Shown: positions 39,571 to 49,641 of the stretch, one piece after another
Numbering within the stretch: the stretch's first letter is position 1
How the letters are laid out: every line of letters starts with the position of its first letter
Source of the DNA: an uncultured Actinomycetota bacterium
GTDB lineage: Bacteria; Actinomycetota; Actinomycetes; DATJPE01
Length of the DNA: 64,000 bases
Direction of reading: 5' to 3'
Assembly: GCA_963851405.1 (NCBI GenBank)
Contig: CAWKPB010000007.1
Span: 351,876 to 415,875 of the forward strand
Made by a program: the position numbers and the translations under genes
The notes under the pieces: generated by a model
The model's database searches: none
What the model was told of the DNA's origin: nothing
Seen by the model: only the letters and a program-made list of their open reading frames with translations

Positions 39571-40499
39571 CCGTCGCTATCCGGCTCGGCACCCGCCGCA
39601 GTGCCCTCGCCCGCGCCCAGTCGGCTCAGGTTGGCGCCGCGCTGACCGCGGCCACCGGCCGTACCGTCGAACTCGTCGAGATCGAGACCGAAGGTGACCG
39701 CGACCCGGCACCCCTCGCGTCCTTCGGCGGCGTCGGTGTGTTCGTGAGCGCCCTGCGCGACGCGATCCTCGACGGCCGTGTCGACGCCGCCGTCCACTCC
39801 CTCAAGGACCTCCCCACGGCTCCCGACGACCGGCTCGCGCTGGCCGCCATACCCGCACGTGAGGACCCGCGCGACTGCGTCGTCGCCCGCGGCGGGCTCA
39901 CCCTCGGGGAGCTCCCGAACGGGGCCACGGTGGGTACGGGCTCCCCGCGCCGCGCCGCCCAGGTCAGGGCGCTCGGACTCGGACACGAGGTCGTCGGGGT
40001 CCGGGGCAACGTCGACACTCGGCTGCGTCTGGTCGCCGACGGTGCGGTGGACGCGGTGATCCTGGCGCGCGCCGGCCTGCTGCGGCTCGGGTGCGCCGAT
40101 GAGGTCACCGAGGTCCTCGACCCCACTCAGATGCTCCCGGCGCCCGGACAGGGCGCCCTCGTCGTCGAGTGCCGCGCGGACCGCGCGGACCTGCTCGACC
40201 TGTTTGCTCCGCTCGACCACGCGGCCACCCGCGCCTCGGTCACCGCGGAGCGCTCCGTACTTGCAGCCTTGGAAGCAGGCTGTTCCGCCCCGGTCGGTGC
40301 ACTCGCCGACCTGGCGGAGGACGGGTTCAGTGAACCCGAGCTGTATCTGCGCGCAGTCGTGGCAGCCGTTGACGGCTCCTCGTCCGTGCGCTTGTCCGCC
40401 ACCGGCTCTCCGACCGATGCCGAGGCCCTGGGGTACTCCCTGGCGCAGCGGTTGATCGAGGAGGGGGCCGCCGGCCTGATGGGGGAGCGCATCCCGTGA
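39567..40499 (+). CDS. hemC: hydroxymethylbilane synthase
   Basis: IRLGTRRSALARAQ, HSLKDLPT, GTGSPRRAAQ, LEAGCSAPVGA (cofactor Cys). Confidence 0.9.
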   Translation: MTVAIRLGTRRSALARAQSAQVGAALTAATGRTVELVEIETEGDRDPAPLASFGGVGVFVSALRDAILDGRVDAAVHSLKDLPTAPDDRLALAAIPAREDPRDCVVARGGLTLGELPNGATVGTGSPRRAAQVRALGLGHEVVGVRGNVDTRLRLVADGAVDAVILARAGLLRLGCADEVTEVLDPTQMLPAPGQGALVVECRADRADLLDLFAPLDHAATRASVTAERSVLAALEAGCSAPVGALADLAEDGFSEPELYLRAVVAAVDGSSSVRLSATGSPTDAEALGYSLAQRLIEEGAAGLMGERIP

Positions 40500-42106
40500 C
40501 CACCCGCACTCGCAAGACCTCGAAGCCGATGGGCGCCGTGACCTTTGTCGGTGCCGGACCCGGAGACCCCGGGCTCCTCACCGTGCGCGCCTTGGAGGCG
40601 CTCGCCTGCGCCGACACGGTCGTTCTCGACCGGGTGGCCCGCGAGCAACTCCTGGTCCACGCCCGGCCCGACGTCGAGGTGCTCGACGGCGCTTCCGACC
40701 CCGACGGTGAGCCGCTCGCGGCGGCCACGCGAGCGCGCCTCGCGGTGGACGCGGCGAAGGCTGGCCGCCAGGTCGTACGGCTGATGGACGGTGATCCCAC
40801 GACGTTCAACGGGTTGGTCGAGGAGGCCGCGGCCTGCGCGAAGGCGCACGTGCCCTTCGAGATCGTGCCCGGCGTCTCGTCCGTGGCCGGTGTCCCGGCC
40901 TACGCGGGCGTGCCGCTGACCGGACCCAAGACCCGCGCCGTCCACGTGCTGACCCCGGCCGATGTGGTCGTCGACTGGTCGGCGCACGCGGCGTCCACGA
41001 CGACCCTGGTTGTGCTGGGCGGCCAGGCGGCCGCGCTCGACGCCGCCGAGTCGCTGATCGCCGCCGGTCGGTCCGAGCAGACGCCGGTCGCGGTGACCTC
41101 GCAGGGCACGACCACCGCCCAGCGCACGGTCGTCGCGACGTTGGAGTCGCTCCCGCGCGCACTCAAGGGCGTCACGCTCGACGGGCCTGTCGTCGCCGTG
41201 TTCGGCGACGTGGTCAACCAGCGCGACCGGCTGTCCTGGTTTGAGTCCAAGCCGTTGTTCGGCTGGCGGGTCCTCGTCCCGCGCACCAAGGAGCAGGCAG
41301 GCACGCTCACCGCGCAGCTGCGCCACAGCGGAGCCGTACCCGAGGAGGTCCCGACCATCTCCGTCGAGCCACCCCGCACCCCGCAGCAGATGGACCGCGC
41401 GATCCAAGGGCTCGTCTCCGGGCGCTACCTGTGGGTCGCGTTCACCTCGGTCAACGCGGTGCGAGCCGTGCGCGAGAAGTTCGAGGAGTACGGGCTGGAT
41501 GCGCGCGCCTTCGCCGGCATCAAGGTGGCCGCAGTGGGCGAGCAGACCGCCGCAGCGCTCACCGCCTTCGGGGTGCGCCCCGACCTGGTGCCGTCCGGCG
41601 AGCAGTCCAGCGCCGGTCTGCTCGAGGACTTCCCGATCTACGACGAGGTCTTCGACCCGATCGATCGAGTGTTCCTGCCCCGCGCCGACATCGCGACCGA
41701 GACGCTGGCCGCTGGGCTCATCGAGCTGGGCTGGGAGATCGACGACGTCACCGCGTACCGCACGGTGCGCGCGGCGCCGCCGCCCGCGCCCATCCGCGAG
41801 GCCATCAAGGGAGGCGGCTTCGACGCGGTGGTCTTCACCTCGTCGAGCACCGTGCGCAACCTGGTCGGCATCGCCGGAAAGCCCCACGCTGCCACGGTGA
41901 TCGCCTGCATCGGGCCGGCCACCGCGAAGACGGCTGAGGAGCACGGGCTGCGCGTCGATGTGCTCGCACCGACGCCTTCGGTGGGGGTGCTGGCGACGGC
42001 GTTGGCCGAGTACGGCGCCTCGATCCGCTCGGCGGCCGTTGAAGCCGGCGAGGAGTGTTGGCGTCCGTCGCAGCGCCGGGGCACCGCACGACGCAAGGCG
42101 AAGTAG
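40496..42106 (+). CDS. bifunctional uroporphyrinogen-III C-methyltransferase / uroporphyrinogen-III synthase
   Basis: N-terminal VGAGPGDPGLLTVRA (TP methylase), followed by two HemD-like lobes. Confidence 0.85.
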   Translation: MTTRTRKTSKPMGAVTFVGAGPGDPGLLTVRALEALACADTVVLDRVAREQLLVHARPDVEVLDGASDPDGEPLAAATRARLAVDAAKAGRQVVRLMDGDPTTFNGLVEEAAACAKAHVPFEIVPGVSSVAGVPAYAGVPLTGPKTRAVHVLTPADVVVDWSAHAASTTTLVVLGGQAAALDAAESLIAAGRSEQTPVAVTSQGTTTAQRTVVATLESLPRALKGVTLDGPVVAVFGDVVNQRDRLSWFESKPLFGWRVLVPRTKEQAGTLTAQLRHSGAVPEEVPTISVEPPRTPQQMDRAIQGLVSGRYLWVAFTSVNAVRAVREKFEEYGLDARAFAGIKVAAVGEQTAAALTAFGVRPDLVPSGEQSSAGLLEDFPIYDEVFDPIDRVFLPRADIATETLAAGLIELGWEIDDVTAYRTVRAAPPPAPIREAIKGGGFDAVVFTSSSTVRNLVGIAGKPHAATVIACIGPATAKTAEEHGLRVDVLAPTPSVGVLATALAEYGASIRSAAVEAGEECWRPSQRRGTARRKAK

Positions 42107-42112
42107 GTCGGC

Positions 42113-43121
<1,009 letters not shown>

Positions 43122-43158
43122 CCCTGCCCTCAGCGCCGTACCCCCTCCCCGAAGGTCA

Positions 43159-43215
43159 GAAGTGCCCGAAAGGGCTACGCGCTGAGCGTCAGGACGCCTC
43201 CGATTCGGGCACTTC
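43159..43215. repeat. hairpin repeat, E-type copy E1
   Basis: GAAGTGCCCGAAA-N32-(A)TTCGGGCACTTC. Lies between convergent hemB and the PD40 gene. Confidence 0.8.
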
Positions 43216-43250
43216 CGCCGAGCCGTCGATCTCAGTGCTGGCTCGGGCGC

Positions 43251-44312
43251 CTAGGGCACCGGGCGCCACGCGGGGTGTCCTACAGCTAGGCCCCCGATGC
43301 GCTGCGGACGCGCGCCCGGCCGCGCGTCGACGACGAATAAGCCTCGGCCGGAAGCGATGGCTAGCTGAGAGCCATCGGGGGACCACGTCAGGCCACGGGC
43401 GATTCGGCAGGGGCATTTCTCGATCGCTAGTAGTTCTTCCAGAGGGCCGCCGGATGAGGGACCGGTCAGCACCCGCACGTCTCCGGCTCTTCCGATGCGC
43501 GGGACCTGAAGTACGGCGATCGTTGCGTCGTCACCCGACCAGGCGAGGTCCCAGTAGCTCGTTCGCGTCTCGCCGTTGGTGAACACGCTGGTGCGTTCAG
43601 AACCGTCCGGCGCCACGGTCTCTACAGTTGTGCGGAAGTTTGGACCAAGGTTGGACCCGCGGACGTACGCGATCCGATCGCCGGAGCGCGACCAACTGGG
43701 GACAAAGATCGACCCGTCAGGCTCGCGGACGATCGTTCGTTGACCGCCCGCCAGGTTGAGGATCCGCAATTCGTCGCGTTCAGCCACGGCAAGGCTCAGC
43801 CCGTCGGGCGAGGCCGAGAAAGAACACTGGGTGCACGGGCCGATCGCGACGTCCCCTCCGCTGGCGACGTCGAAGGCCCGGATGGCTGTGTCGCTGGCGT
43901 AGTAGAGCGTCTGGCCGTCGGGCGACCACTGCGGGCCTCCCTCGGTCTCCGGACCCGGTGGATCGGCAGGTGTGTGAGTAAAGACTCCGAAGGCATCCGG
44001 ACCGGTCACCGGATGGATCGATTGCAGCCCGAAGCTGCCTCGCACAACGATCGGGCCGTTTCCGGTGAGTGGAGTGGTGGGGGATGGGCCGGCGGGGATC
44101 ACCGGGGCCGCCCCGTCCTGGCTCGCGTCGAAGGCAGCCCAGCCGCCGAGGACCACGGCGATGGCGGCCAGGCCGGCGACGGCGGCGCGGGTGTGTGAGC
44201 GGCGCCGTCGGGTGTGTTGGAGGTTGGCGAACATGGCGGCGCCGTCGAGGCCGGTGGTCGTGGTCGTGATGAGGTCGTCGGCGGCGGCGCGCCCGAGCTG
44301 GTCCAGGCTCAT
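43251..44312 (-). CDS. membrane-anchored PD40/TolB-like beta-propeller protein (possible anti-sigma/sensor partner)
   Basis: ATGA overlap with the sigma gene. Single TM helix (AAVAGLAAIAVVLGGWAAF). Repeated WSPDG/SPDG/WSRSGD propeller motifs. Confidence 0.65.
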   Translation of the reverse strand: MSLDQLGRAAADDLITTTTTGLDGAAMFANLQHTRRRRSHTRAAVAGLAAIAVVLGGWAAFDASQDGAAPVIPAGPSPTTPLTGNGPIVVRGSFGLQSIHPVTGPDAFGVFTHTPADPPGPETEGGPQWSPDGQTLYYASDTAIRAFDVASGGDVAIGPCTQCSFSASPDGLSLAVAERDELRILNLAGGQRTIVREPDGSIFVPSWSRSGDRIAYVRGSNLGPNFRTTVETVAPDGSERTSVFTNGETRTSYWDLAWSGDDATIAVLQVPRIGRAGDVRVLTGPSSGGPLEELLAIEKCPCRIARGLTWSPDGSQLAIASGRGLFVVDARPGARPQRIGGLAVGHPAWRPVP

Positions 44313-44929
44313 GACTCCTCCTCGATCGTGGTGGCGAATTGTCGGGCGAGTGCCTGACGACCGCGGCCGAGGTGGACCTTGGCCGAGCCCTCGGTGATGC
44401 CGAGGGTGGCGGCGATGTCGGCGACCGACAGGTCGTACACGTAGCGAAGCGCCGCGGCCTGGGCTTGGCGCCGGGGCAGGCGGCGAACCTCGGTCCAGAA
44501 GACCTCGTTGTCGACGTGCAGGGCGGGGAGTTCCCGGCGGTTGGACAAACGGACCATCGCCCTCGCTTCGACCGCGCGCCGGCGAAGGTGCGAGGTCGCG
44601 AGATTCACGCAGACCCGGCGCACCCAAGCTTCAGGCTTGTCGTAGCCGGCGATCGCGTCCCACTTCCGGTACGCGGCCAGCATCGCCTCTTGGGCGACGT
44701 CATCCGCGATCGCGCTGCCGCACAGGGCTCGGGCTAGCGCGACCAAGCGTGGCAGTTCGCGGCGGTAGAAGGTCTCAAACGGCTCCGGTCGGTCGACCCG
44801 CACCATGCCAGGCAGCGTGACGGCGACCGCCGAATCAAGGACTTCGGCGTCCCGGACGGTTGCGTCCAGGGCCGAGCCGGTCCGAGTAGCCCGCCTCGCA
44901 GCTTGTTCCATGCCCACTACTCGCTCCAC
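44309..44929 (-). CDS. ECF-type RNA polymerase sigma-70 family factor
   Basis: Region 2 (FETFYRRELPRLVALARAL.. DDVAQEAMLAAY) and region 4 (LPRRQAQAAALRYVYDLSVADIAATLGITEGSAKVHLGRGRQAL). Confidence 0.85.
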   Translation of the reverse strand: MERVVGMEQAARRATRTGSALDATVRDAEVLDSAVAVTLPGMVRVDRPEPFETFYRRELPRLVALARALCGSAIADDVAQEAMLAAYRKWDAIAGYDKPEAWVRRVCVNLATSHLRRRAVEARAMVRLSNRRELPALHVDNEVFWTEVRRLPRRQAQAAALRYVYDLSVADIAATLGITEGSAKVHLGRGRQALARQFATTIEEES

Positions 44930-45024
44930 GGGTGCCCCCGCGATGACAAGCGCCGCACCTCTCGCACCGAACGCTCAGTCTCGCACCGACCGGGCTCACT
45001 CCGCCGGTCAACGATGGGCCAGCC

Positions 45025-45083
45025 GGAAGTGTCCGAAACGGAAGCGCTCCGACTTGATGTACGCCTCCGATTCGGGCACTTCC
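45025..45083. repeat. hairpin repeat, E-type copy E2
   Basis: GGAAGTGTCCGAAA-N32-TTCGGGCACTTCC. The 3' 25 nt are identical to E1 (ACGCCTCCGATTCGGGCACTTCCGC). Confidence 0.8.
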
Positions 45084-45108
45084 GCGCAGCCAAGCGCACG
45101 GGCGCGGG

Positions 45109-45582
45109 TCAAACGGATGCAGGGGTGAGGCATAGCACCGGGAGGAGCTCCCCAGCGTGGGCGTACCCGCTGGCCTTCTCCTCGTCCGCGTCGAGCCCGA
45201 GGTAGCCCATCAGCTTGCGCGCCGCCTTCGGATGCAGGCGGTCGTAGGCGCGGAGCTCGGCTGCAGCCGCCTCGGGTGCCAGTCGTTCGGCGTGGACGGC
45301 GAGGTTGCGGCGGCGGGAGGTGATGGTCAGGTCGGGAGTCGCCAGGACGTTCTGAAACCACTGGGACTGCTCGCCGAAGCCGGAGCAGATGACAAAGGAG
45401 TCGGTGACGTCGTCGTGCCGGAGGACCTCGACGACGGCCTCGCGCGGTTGGCCGCTGAGGCGCCCCACGTGGTGGAGCAGGATGAAGCGGCCGCCGAGCA
45501 ACCCGCCCAGGCCGACGCGGTACAGCGTGATGGGAGCGCGGAAGAACGCCCGGCTGAGCCCCTTGGGCGGAGTGCGGGTCAC
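45109..45582 (-). CDS. deazaflavin(F420)-dependent nitroreductase-family protein (DUF385-like)
   Basis: FFRAPITLYRVGLGGLLGGRFILLHHVGRLSGQPRE is typical of the DUF385/PNPOx-like family. Confidence 0.7.
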   Translation of the reverse strand: MTRTPPKGLSRAFFRAPITLYRVGLGGLLGGRFILLHHVGRLSGQPREAVVEVLRHDDVTDSFVICSGFGEQSQWFQNVLATPDLTITSRRRNLAVHAERLAPEAAAAELRAYDRLHPKAARKLMGYLGLDADEEKASGYAHAGELLPVLCLTPASV

Positions 45583-45701
45583 GGGCTCACCTCACCGCGC
45601 TGGTCGACGTCCGTCCAGGGTCGTTGGACCTGCCGAAGCCGCGGCTTGCTCAAGCCTCTGGCCGCGCAGGGGCCGCGATGCGCCCCCGGCGACAGGTCGG
45701 G

Positions 45702-46058
45702 TCAGTCCGAAGTGGCGAGCCAGGCCCACGCAGCGTCCGCCTCGTCGAAGCGCTTGGTCTCGTGCGCGTAGAACGGCGCAGCCGCGGCAGCGACGAACTT
45801 CTCCAGCACGCCGTCGCCGACGATGGCCATCTTGGCGATGTCGTCGCGGAACTCGCGGCCGAACGCCAGGTCGGCTCCCCAGGCGGAGGCCTTCTCCTTG
45901 TCAAAGTCGGAGAGGTCCAGCAACAACCGGACGTTCCCGTGTTGTGCGACGGCGGCTTCGACGGCGGGGACCAGCACCCCGTAGTCGGCCTTGTCGACCA
46001 CCCCGGAGACCTTGAACCCGAGGGTGGATCCGGCACTTCGCGGCAGGGTCTCAATCAT
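45702..46058 (-). CDS. STAS/SpoIIAA-like domain protein
   Basis: 118 aa. GFKVSGVVDKADY...VRLLLDLSDFD...KMAIVGD pattern. Confidence 0.6.
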   Translation of the reverse strand: MIETLPRSAGSTLGFKVSGVVDKADYGVLVPAVEAAVAQHGNVRLLLDLSDFDKEKASAWGADLAFGREFRDDIAKMAIVGDGVLEKFVAAAAAPFYAHETKRFDEADAAWAWLATSD

Positions 46059-46086
46059 GGTCGCAAGTTAACCAGCGGCCGCTGGG

Positions 46087-46488
46087 TCAGCCGACCGGGG
46101 CTGTACGACGCTCAAGCAGGTCCCAACGGTTGCCGTATCTGTCTTCGAAAACGACGACCGATCCGTACGGCTCCCGCCGCGGCTCCTCGACGAAGGTCAC
46201 CCCTGCGTCGCGCAGTCGCGCGTAGTCGGCGTCGAAGTCGTCCGAGTACAGGAAGAACGCCACCCGCCCGCCGGTCTGGTCCCCGACACGGGCCTGCTGG
46301 TCAGCTCCGTCGGCCTTAGCGAGCAGTAGCGCGGTTGCGTCGTCAGCGCCGGGTGAAACGGTCAGCCATCGGACTCCGGGCGCAAGCTCGATGTCGGTAC
46401 GCAGCGCGAAACCGAGGACACCGACGAAGTAGTTGATCGCCTCGTCGTAGTCGGGGACGACGAGTGTGACCAATCCAAGGTGCGGCAC
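46087..46488 (-). CDS. VOC-family (glyoxalase/bleomycin-resistance fold) protein
   Basis: HLGLVTLVVPDYDEAINYFVGVLGF...FEDRYGNRWDLLE. Confidence 0.75.
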   Translation of the reverse strand: MPHLGLVTLVVPDYDEAINYFVGVLGFALRTDIELAPGVRWLTVSPGADDATALLLAKADGADQQARVGDQTGGRVAFFLYSDDFDADYARLRDAGVTFVEEPRREPYGSVVVFEDRYGNRWDLLERRTAPVG

Positions 46489-46494
46489 GGAGAG

Positions 46495-47511
46495 TCAGGT
46501 CTTGGCGGTGACGTGGTCGGCGACCGCGGGGATCACCGTTTCGCCGTACGCCTCAAGGGTTTGGGCCTTGCCGTCGTGCTGGAGGTAGATCGCGAACTGA
46601 TCGACGCCGAGCGCCTTCAGCTCCTCAAGCCGCTCGACATGCGCCTCCGGCGGCCCAAGGATGCAGAAGCGATCGACGATCTCGTCGGGCACGAAGTCGG
46701 CGTGGGTGTTGCCCACGCGGCCGTGCTCGTTGTAGTCGTATCCCTGCCGTCCGGCGATGTAGTCGGTGAGCGCCGCGGGTACGCCGCCGTCGGCGCCGTA
46801 CCGCGTGACGATGTCCGCGACGTGGTTGCCCACCATCCCGCCGAACCACCGCACCTGGTCGCGCATGTGCGCGATGTCGTCACCGACATACGCCGGCGCC
46901 GCCACACAGATGGTCAGCGAATCGGGGTCGCGCCCGGCCTTTTCGGCGGCCTCGCGCACCGACCGGATCGTCCACTCGGCGATCGACGGGTCGGCGAGCT
47001 GCAGGATGAAGCCGTCGCCGACTTCCCCAGTGAGGGCCAGGGCTTTCGGGCCGTACGCAGCGACCCACACCTCGAGTTCGCTGTCGGTGCCCCAAGGGAA
47101 ACGCAGGTGCGAGCCTTGGTGTTCGACCTCGCGCCCGTTGGCCAGCTCGCGGATGACGTGGATCGCCTCGCGCAAGGTGGCCAGCGTCGTTGGCTTGCCG
47201 TTGAGGACACGTACCGCGCTGTCGCCGCGGCCGATGCCGCAGACCGTGCGGTTGCCGTACATCTCGTTCAACGTGGCGAACAGCGACGCCGTCACCGTCC
47301 AGTCACGCGTCGCCGGGTTGGTGACCATCGGGCCGACCGTGACCTTGCGGGTCTGCGCCAGGATCTGGCTGTAGATGACGAACGGCTCCTCCCACAGCAG
47401 GTGGGAGTCGAAGGTCCACACGTGGCTGAAGCCGAGGTTCTCCGCCTGCCGGGCGAGGTCGACGACTCGCGAAGCCGGGGGGTTGGTCTGCAAGACGATG
47501 CCGAGGTCCAT
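46495..47511 (-). CDS. LLM-class (luciferase-like) F420-dependent oxidoreductase
   Basis: MDLGIVLQTNPP.., FSHVWTFDSHLLW, GIGRGDSAVR, VWVAAYGPKAL. Start ATG 47511. Confidence 0.75.
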   Translation of the reverse strand: MDLGIVLQTNPPASRVVDLARQAENLGFSHVWTFDSHLLWEEPFVIYSQILAQTRKVTVGPMVTNPATRDWTVTASLFATLNEMYGNRTVCGIGRGDSAVRVLNGKPTTLATLREAIHVIRELANGREVEHQGSHLRFPWGTDSELEVWVAAYGPKALALTGEVGDGFILQLADPSIAEWTIRSVREAAEKAGRDPDSLTICVAAPAYVGDDIAHMRDQVRWFGGMVGNHVADIVTRYGADGGVPAALTDYIAGRQGYDYNEHGRVGNTHADFVPDEIVDRFCILGPPEAHVERLEELKALGVDQFAIYLQHDGKAQTLEAYGETVIPAVADHVTAKT

Positions 47512-47629
47512 GCCGCTCCTCCGTCTGAGCCGGAAACCCCCAGCGTATGCCGCGGGAGCACCGCCGCGTCCGTTCGTCGACCACGAAATGTGGTGGGTGC
47601 CACGGGAGGTGCGGGGCCACACTGGGCCG

Positions 47630-48706
47630 ATGGACGCCGAGACCCTGGCCCGGAGGGCTGCCTGCACGCGATTCCTCTCCGGGGATGGCCTGGTCACACC
47701 CAGCGAGATGCTCGCGGTCATTCCCGACGAGGTCGCCCCCGATGTGTACGGCGAGGGCGGCGTCGTCGAGGAGCTCGAGGCGTACGTCGCTGAGCTGCTC
47801 GGCAAGCCGGCGGCGGTCTACCTGCCGAGCGGCACGATGGCCCAGGGTGCGGTCCTGCGGGTGCACGCCGACCGCCGCACGACCCGCACCGTGCTGTGGC
47901 ACCCCTGGTGCCATCTGGAGAATCACGAGAACGGTGCCCACGTCAGGTTGCACGACCTCGTGGGCCGCACCGTCGGTGACCGCAACCGACTCCTTCGGCT
48001 GGACGACCTCGAGGAGGTCCCCGAACCCGCTGCAGCGCTGCTCCTGGAGCTGCCGCAGCGCGACCTTGGCGGTCAGCTGCCCGACTGGGACGACTTGGTC
48101 GCCCAGGTGCAGTGGGCCCGCGACCATGACGCCGCGGCCCACCTCGACGGAGCCCGGTTGTGGGAGGCCGCCGTCGGCTACGGCCGTACGGCTGCCGAGG
48201 TCGCCGCCCTGTTCGACACCGTCTACGTCTCGTTCTACAAGGGCATCGGCGCCCTTCCGGGATGCGGCGTGGCCGGCTCGGCCGACGACATCGAGCAGGT
48301 GCGTGAGTGGCGACAGCGCCTTGGCGGAACGCTGTACGCGTTGTGGCCGGGGGCGGCATCGGCGTTGGCCCTGCTGCCGGAGCGGCTGGCGGAGATGACC
48401 GCCAGGATGGAGCACGCCCGAGCCATCGCTGAGGCGCTGCGCGATGTTGCGGGGGTGAGGGTGGTGCCGGAGGTGCCGCAGACACCGATGATGCACCTGC
48501 TGTTTGAGGTGAGCGCGGAGCAGTTCGAGATCAATGCGCGCCGACTCGCCGACGAGGAGCTGTTCTGGACCTTCGGCGCGGCCAACAGCACCGAAGACCC
48601 CACCCGGATCAGGCAGGAGATCAGCGTGGGGCGCGCGACCTGTGCGCTGACACCGGCCGAGGTCGTCGAGGCGGTCATGGCGCTCGTCGACGCAGGGGGT
48701 GCCTGA
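47630..48706 (+). CDS. threonine-aldolase / beta-eliminating-lyase family PLP enzyme
   Basis: VYLPSGTMAQGAVL and the VSFYKGIGA PLP-Lys context. Start uncertain (47588 or 47630). Confidence 0.6.
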   Translation: MDAETLARRAACTRFLSGDGLVTPSEMLAVIPDEVAPDVYGEGGVVEELEAYVAELLGKPAAVYLPSGTMAQGAVLRVHADRRTTRTVLWHPWCHLENHENGAHVRLHDLVGRTVGDRNRLLRLDDLEEVPEPAAALLLELPQRDLGGQLPDWDDLVAQVQWARDHDAAAHLDGARLWEAAVGYGRTAAEVAALFDTVYVSFYKGIGALPGCGVAGSADDIEQVREWRQRLGGTLYALWPGAASALALLPERLAEMTARMEHARAIAEALRDVAGVRVVPEVPQTPMMHLLFEVSAEQFEINARRLADEELFWTFGAANSTEDPTRIRQEISVGRATCALTPAEVVEAVMALVDAGGA

Positions 48707-48783
48707 CCGGGTCTGCAGGATGCGGGTGAGTCGGGGCGGCGTCATCGGATACCGGGTCGACCGGTGCTAGCGTCCCTGTTTCG

Positions 48784-49602
48784 TTGACCCTGGCCGACCA
48801 TGCACGGAGGACCCCGGTGTTCAGAACCCGCCGTTGGGCGCTCGCGGTTTTGGTGGCGATGGCCGGACTCGTCGCAGCAGCGACGGTTGCTCCGGGGGCA
48901 GCGGTGGCATCAACGCGGGGTCAGGGAACCATGTTGGTCCGGCAGTCCACCGATTGCTCGGGAAACGGCAACTCTTCATCGGTGACGGTCCCGTTCAGCA
49001 TCTACTTCACGGGTTTTGAGCCCTTCGCGACCGGCACCGTGACCGCCTACACCCAGCCAGGCGGGGAAGAAGTCGGCAGCCGGTCGATCACCCTCGGCCC
49101 CGACGGCTCGCGCTGCTACCGGGTCACCGGTGATGTCCCGCCCGGTCAGTACAAGATTGTGTACGACTTCGGTTCAGGCACCGGCAAGCAGAAGGTCATC
49201 CGGATCGAGGGCGCCGCACCGACTCCCAGCCCCACCCCGACCAAGACCCCCACGAAATCACCGACCAGCTCGCCTTCGGTGACACCGACGGTGTCTCCGA
49301 CCGTGACGTCTTCGGTCTCACCGAGTGTGTCTCCGACCGTGACGTCCTCGGTGTCCCCGAGCGGCTCCGCGACCGGTTCCCCGAGTGCGTCGCCGTCGGA
49401 GTCCGAGTCAGTGCTCCCGACCTCGACGGCCGCACCGAGTGAATCCGAGGATGTGGAGGGGTTGACGTTTACGCCCGTAGACACCCTGCCGGACACCGGC
49501 TCGTCGCATGTCTCGCGCAACCTGAGCATCGGGGCGGGGCTAGTGGTGCTGGGTTCGCTCCTCGTTGCCGTCAGCCTGCGGCGGCGCCCACGCGCGCACT
49601 AG
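48784..49602 (+). CDS. LPxTG cell-wall-anchored surface protein
   Basis: Signal peptide, Thr/Ser/Pro repeat linker, LPDTG followed by a hydrophobic helix and an RRRPRAH tail. Start TTG 48784 or GTG 48817. Confidence 0.75.
   Translation: MTLADHARRTPVFRTRRWALAVLVAMAGLVAAATVAPGAAVASTRGQGTMLVRQSTDCSGNGNSSSVTVPFSIYFTGFEPFATGTVTAYTQPGGEEVGSRSITLGPDGSRCYRVTGDVPPGQYKIVYDFGSGTGKQKVIRIEGAAPTPSPTPTKTPTKSPTSSPSVTPTVSPTVTSSVSPSVSPTVTSSVSPSGSATGSPSASPSESESVLPTSTAAPSESEDVEGLTFTPVDTLPDTGSSHVSRNLSIGAGLVVLGSLLVAVSLRRRPRAH
49291..49362. repeat. 36-bp tandem repeat x2 inside the LPxTG gene
   Basis: GTGTCTCCGACCGTGACGTCTTCGGTCTCACCGAGT / GTGTCTCCGACCGTGACGTCCTCGGTGTCCCCGAGC. Each unit encodes VSPTVTSSVSPS. Confidence 0.85.
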
Positions 49603-49641
49603 GCGCAGCCGGCCGCGACACCTCCCCGTTGGCCCGGGTCG

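Noticed and set aside
43122-43582. C-terminal 150-aa extension of the 42113-43582 ORF beyond hemB.
   Set aside because: It results from the hemB frameshift. The extension is Arg-rich, runs through repeat E1 and overlaps the convergent PD40 gene. The shifted frame gives the canonical HemB C-terminus, ending at 43121.
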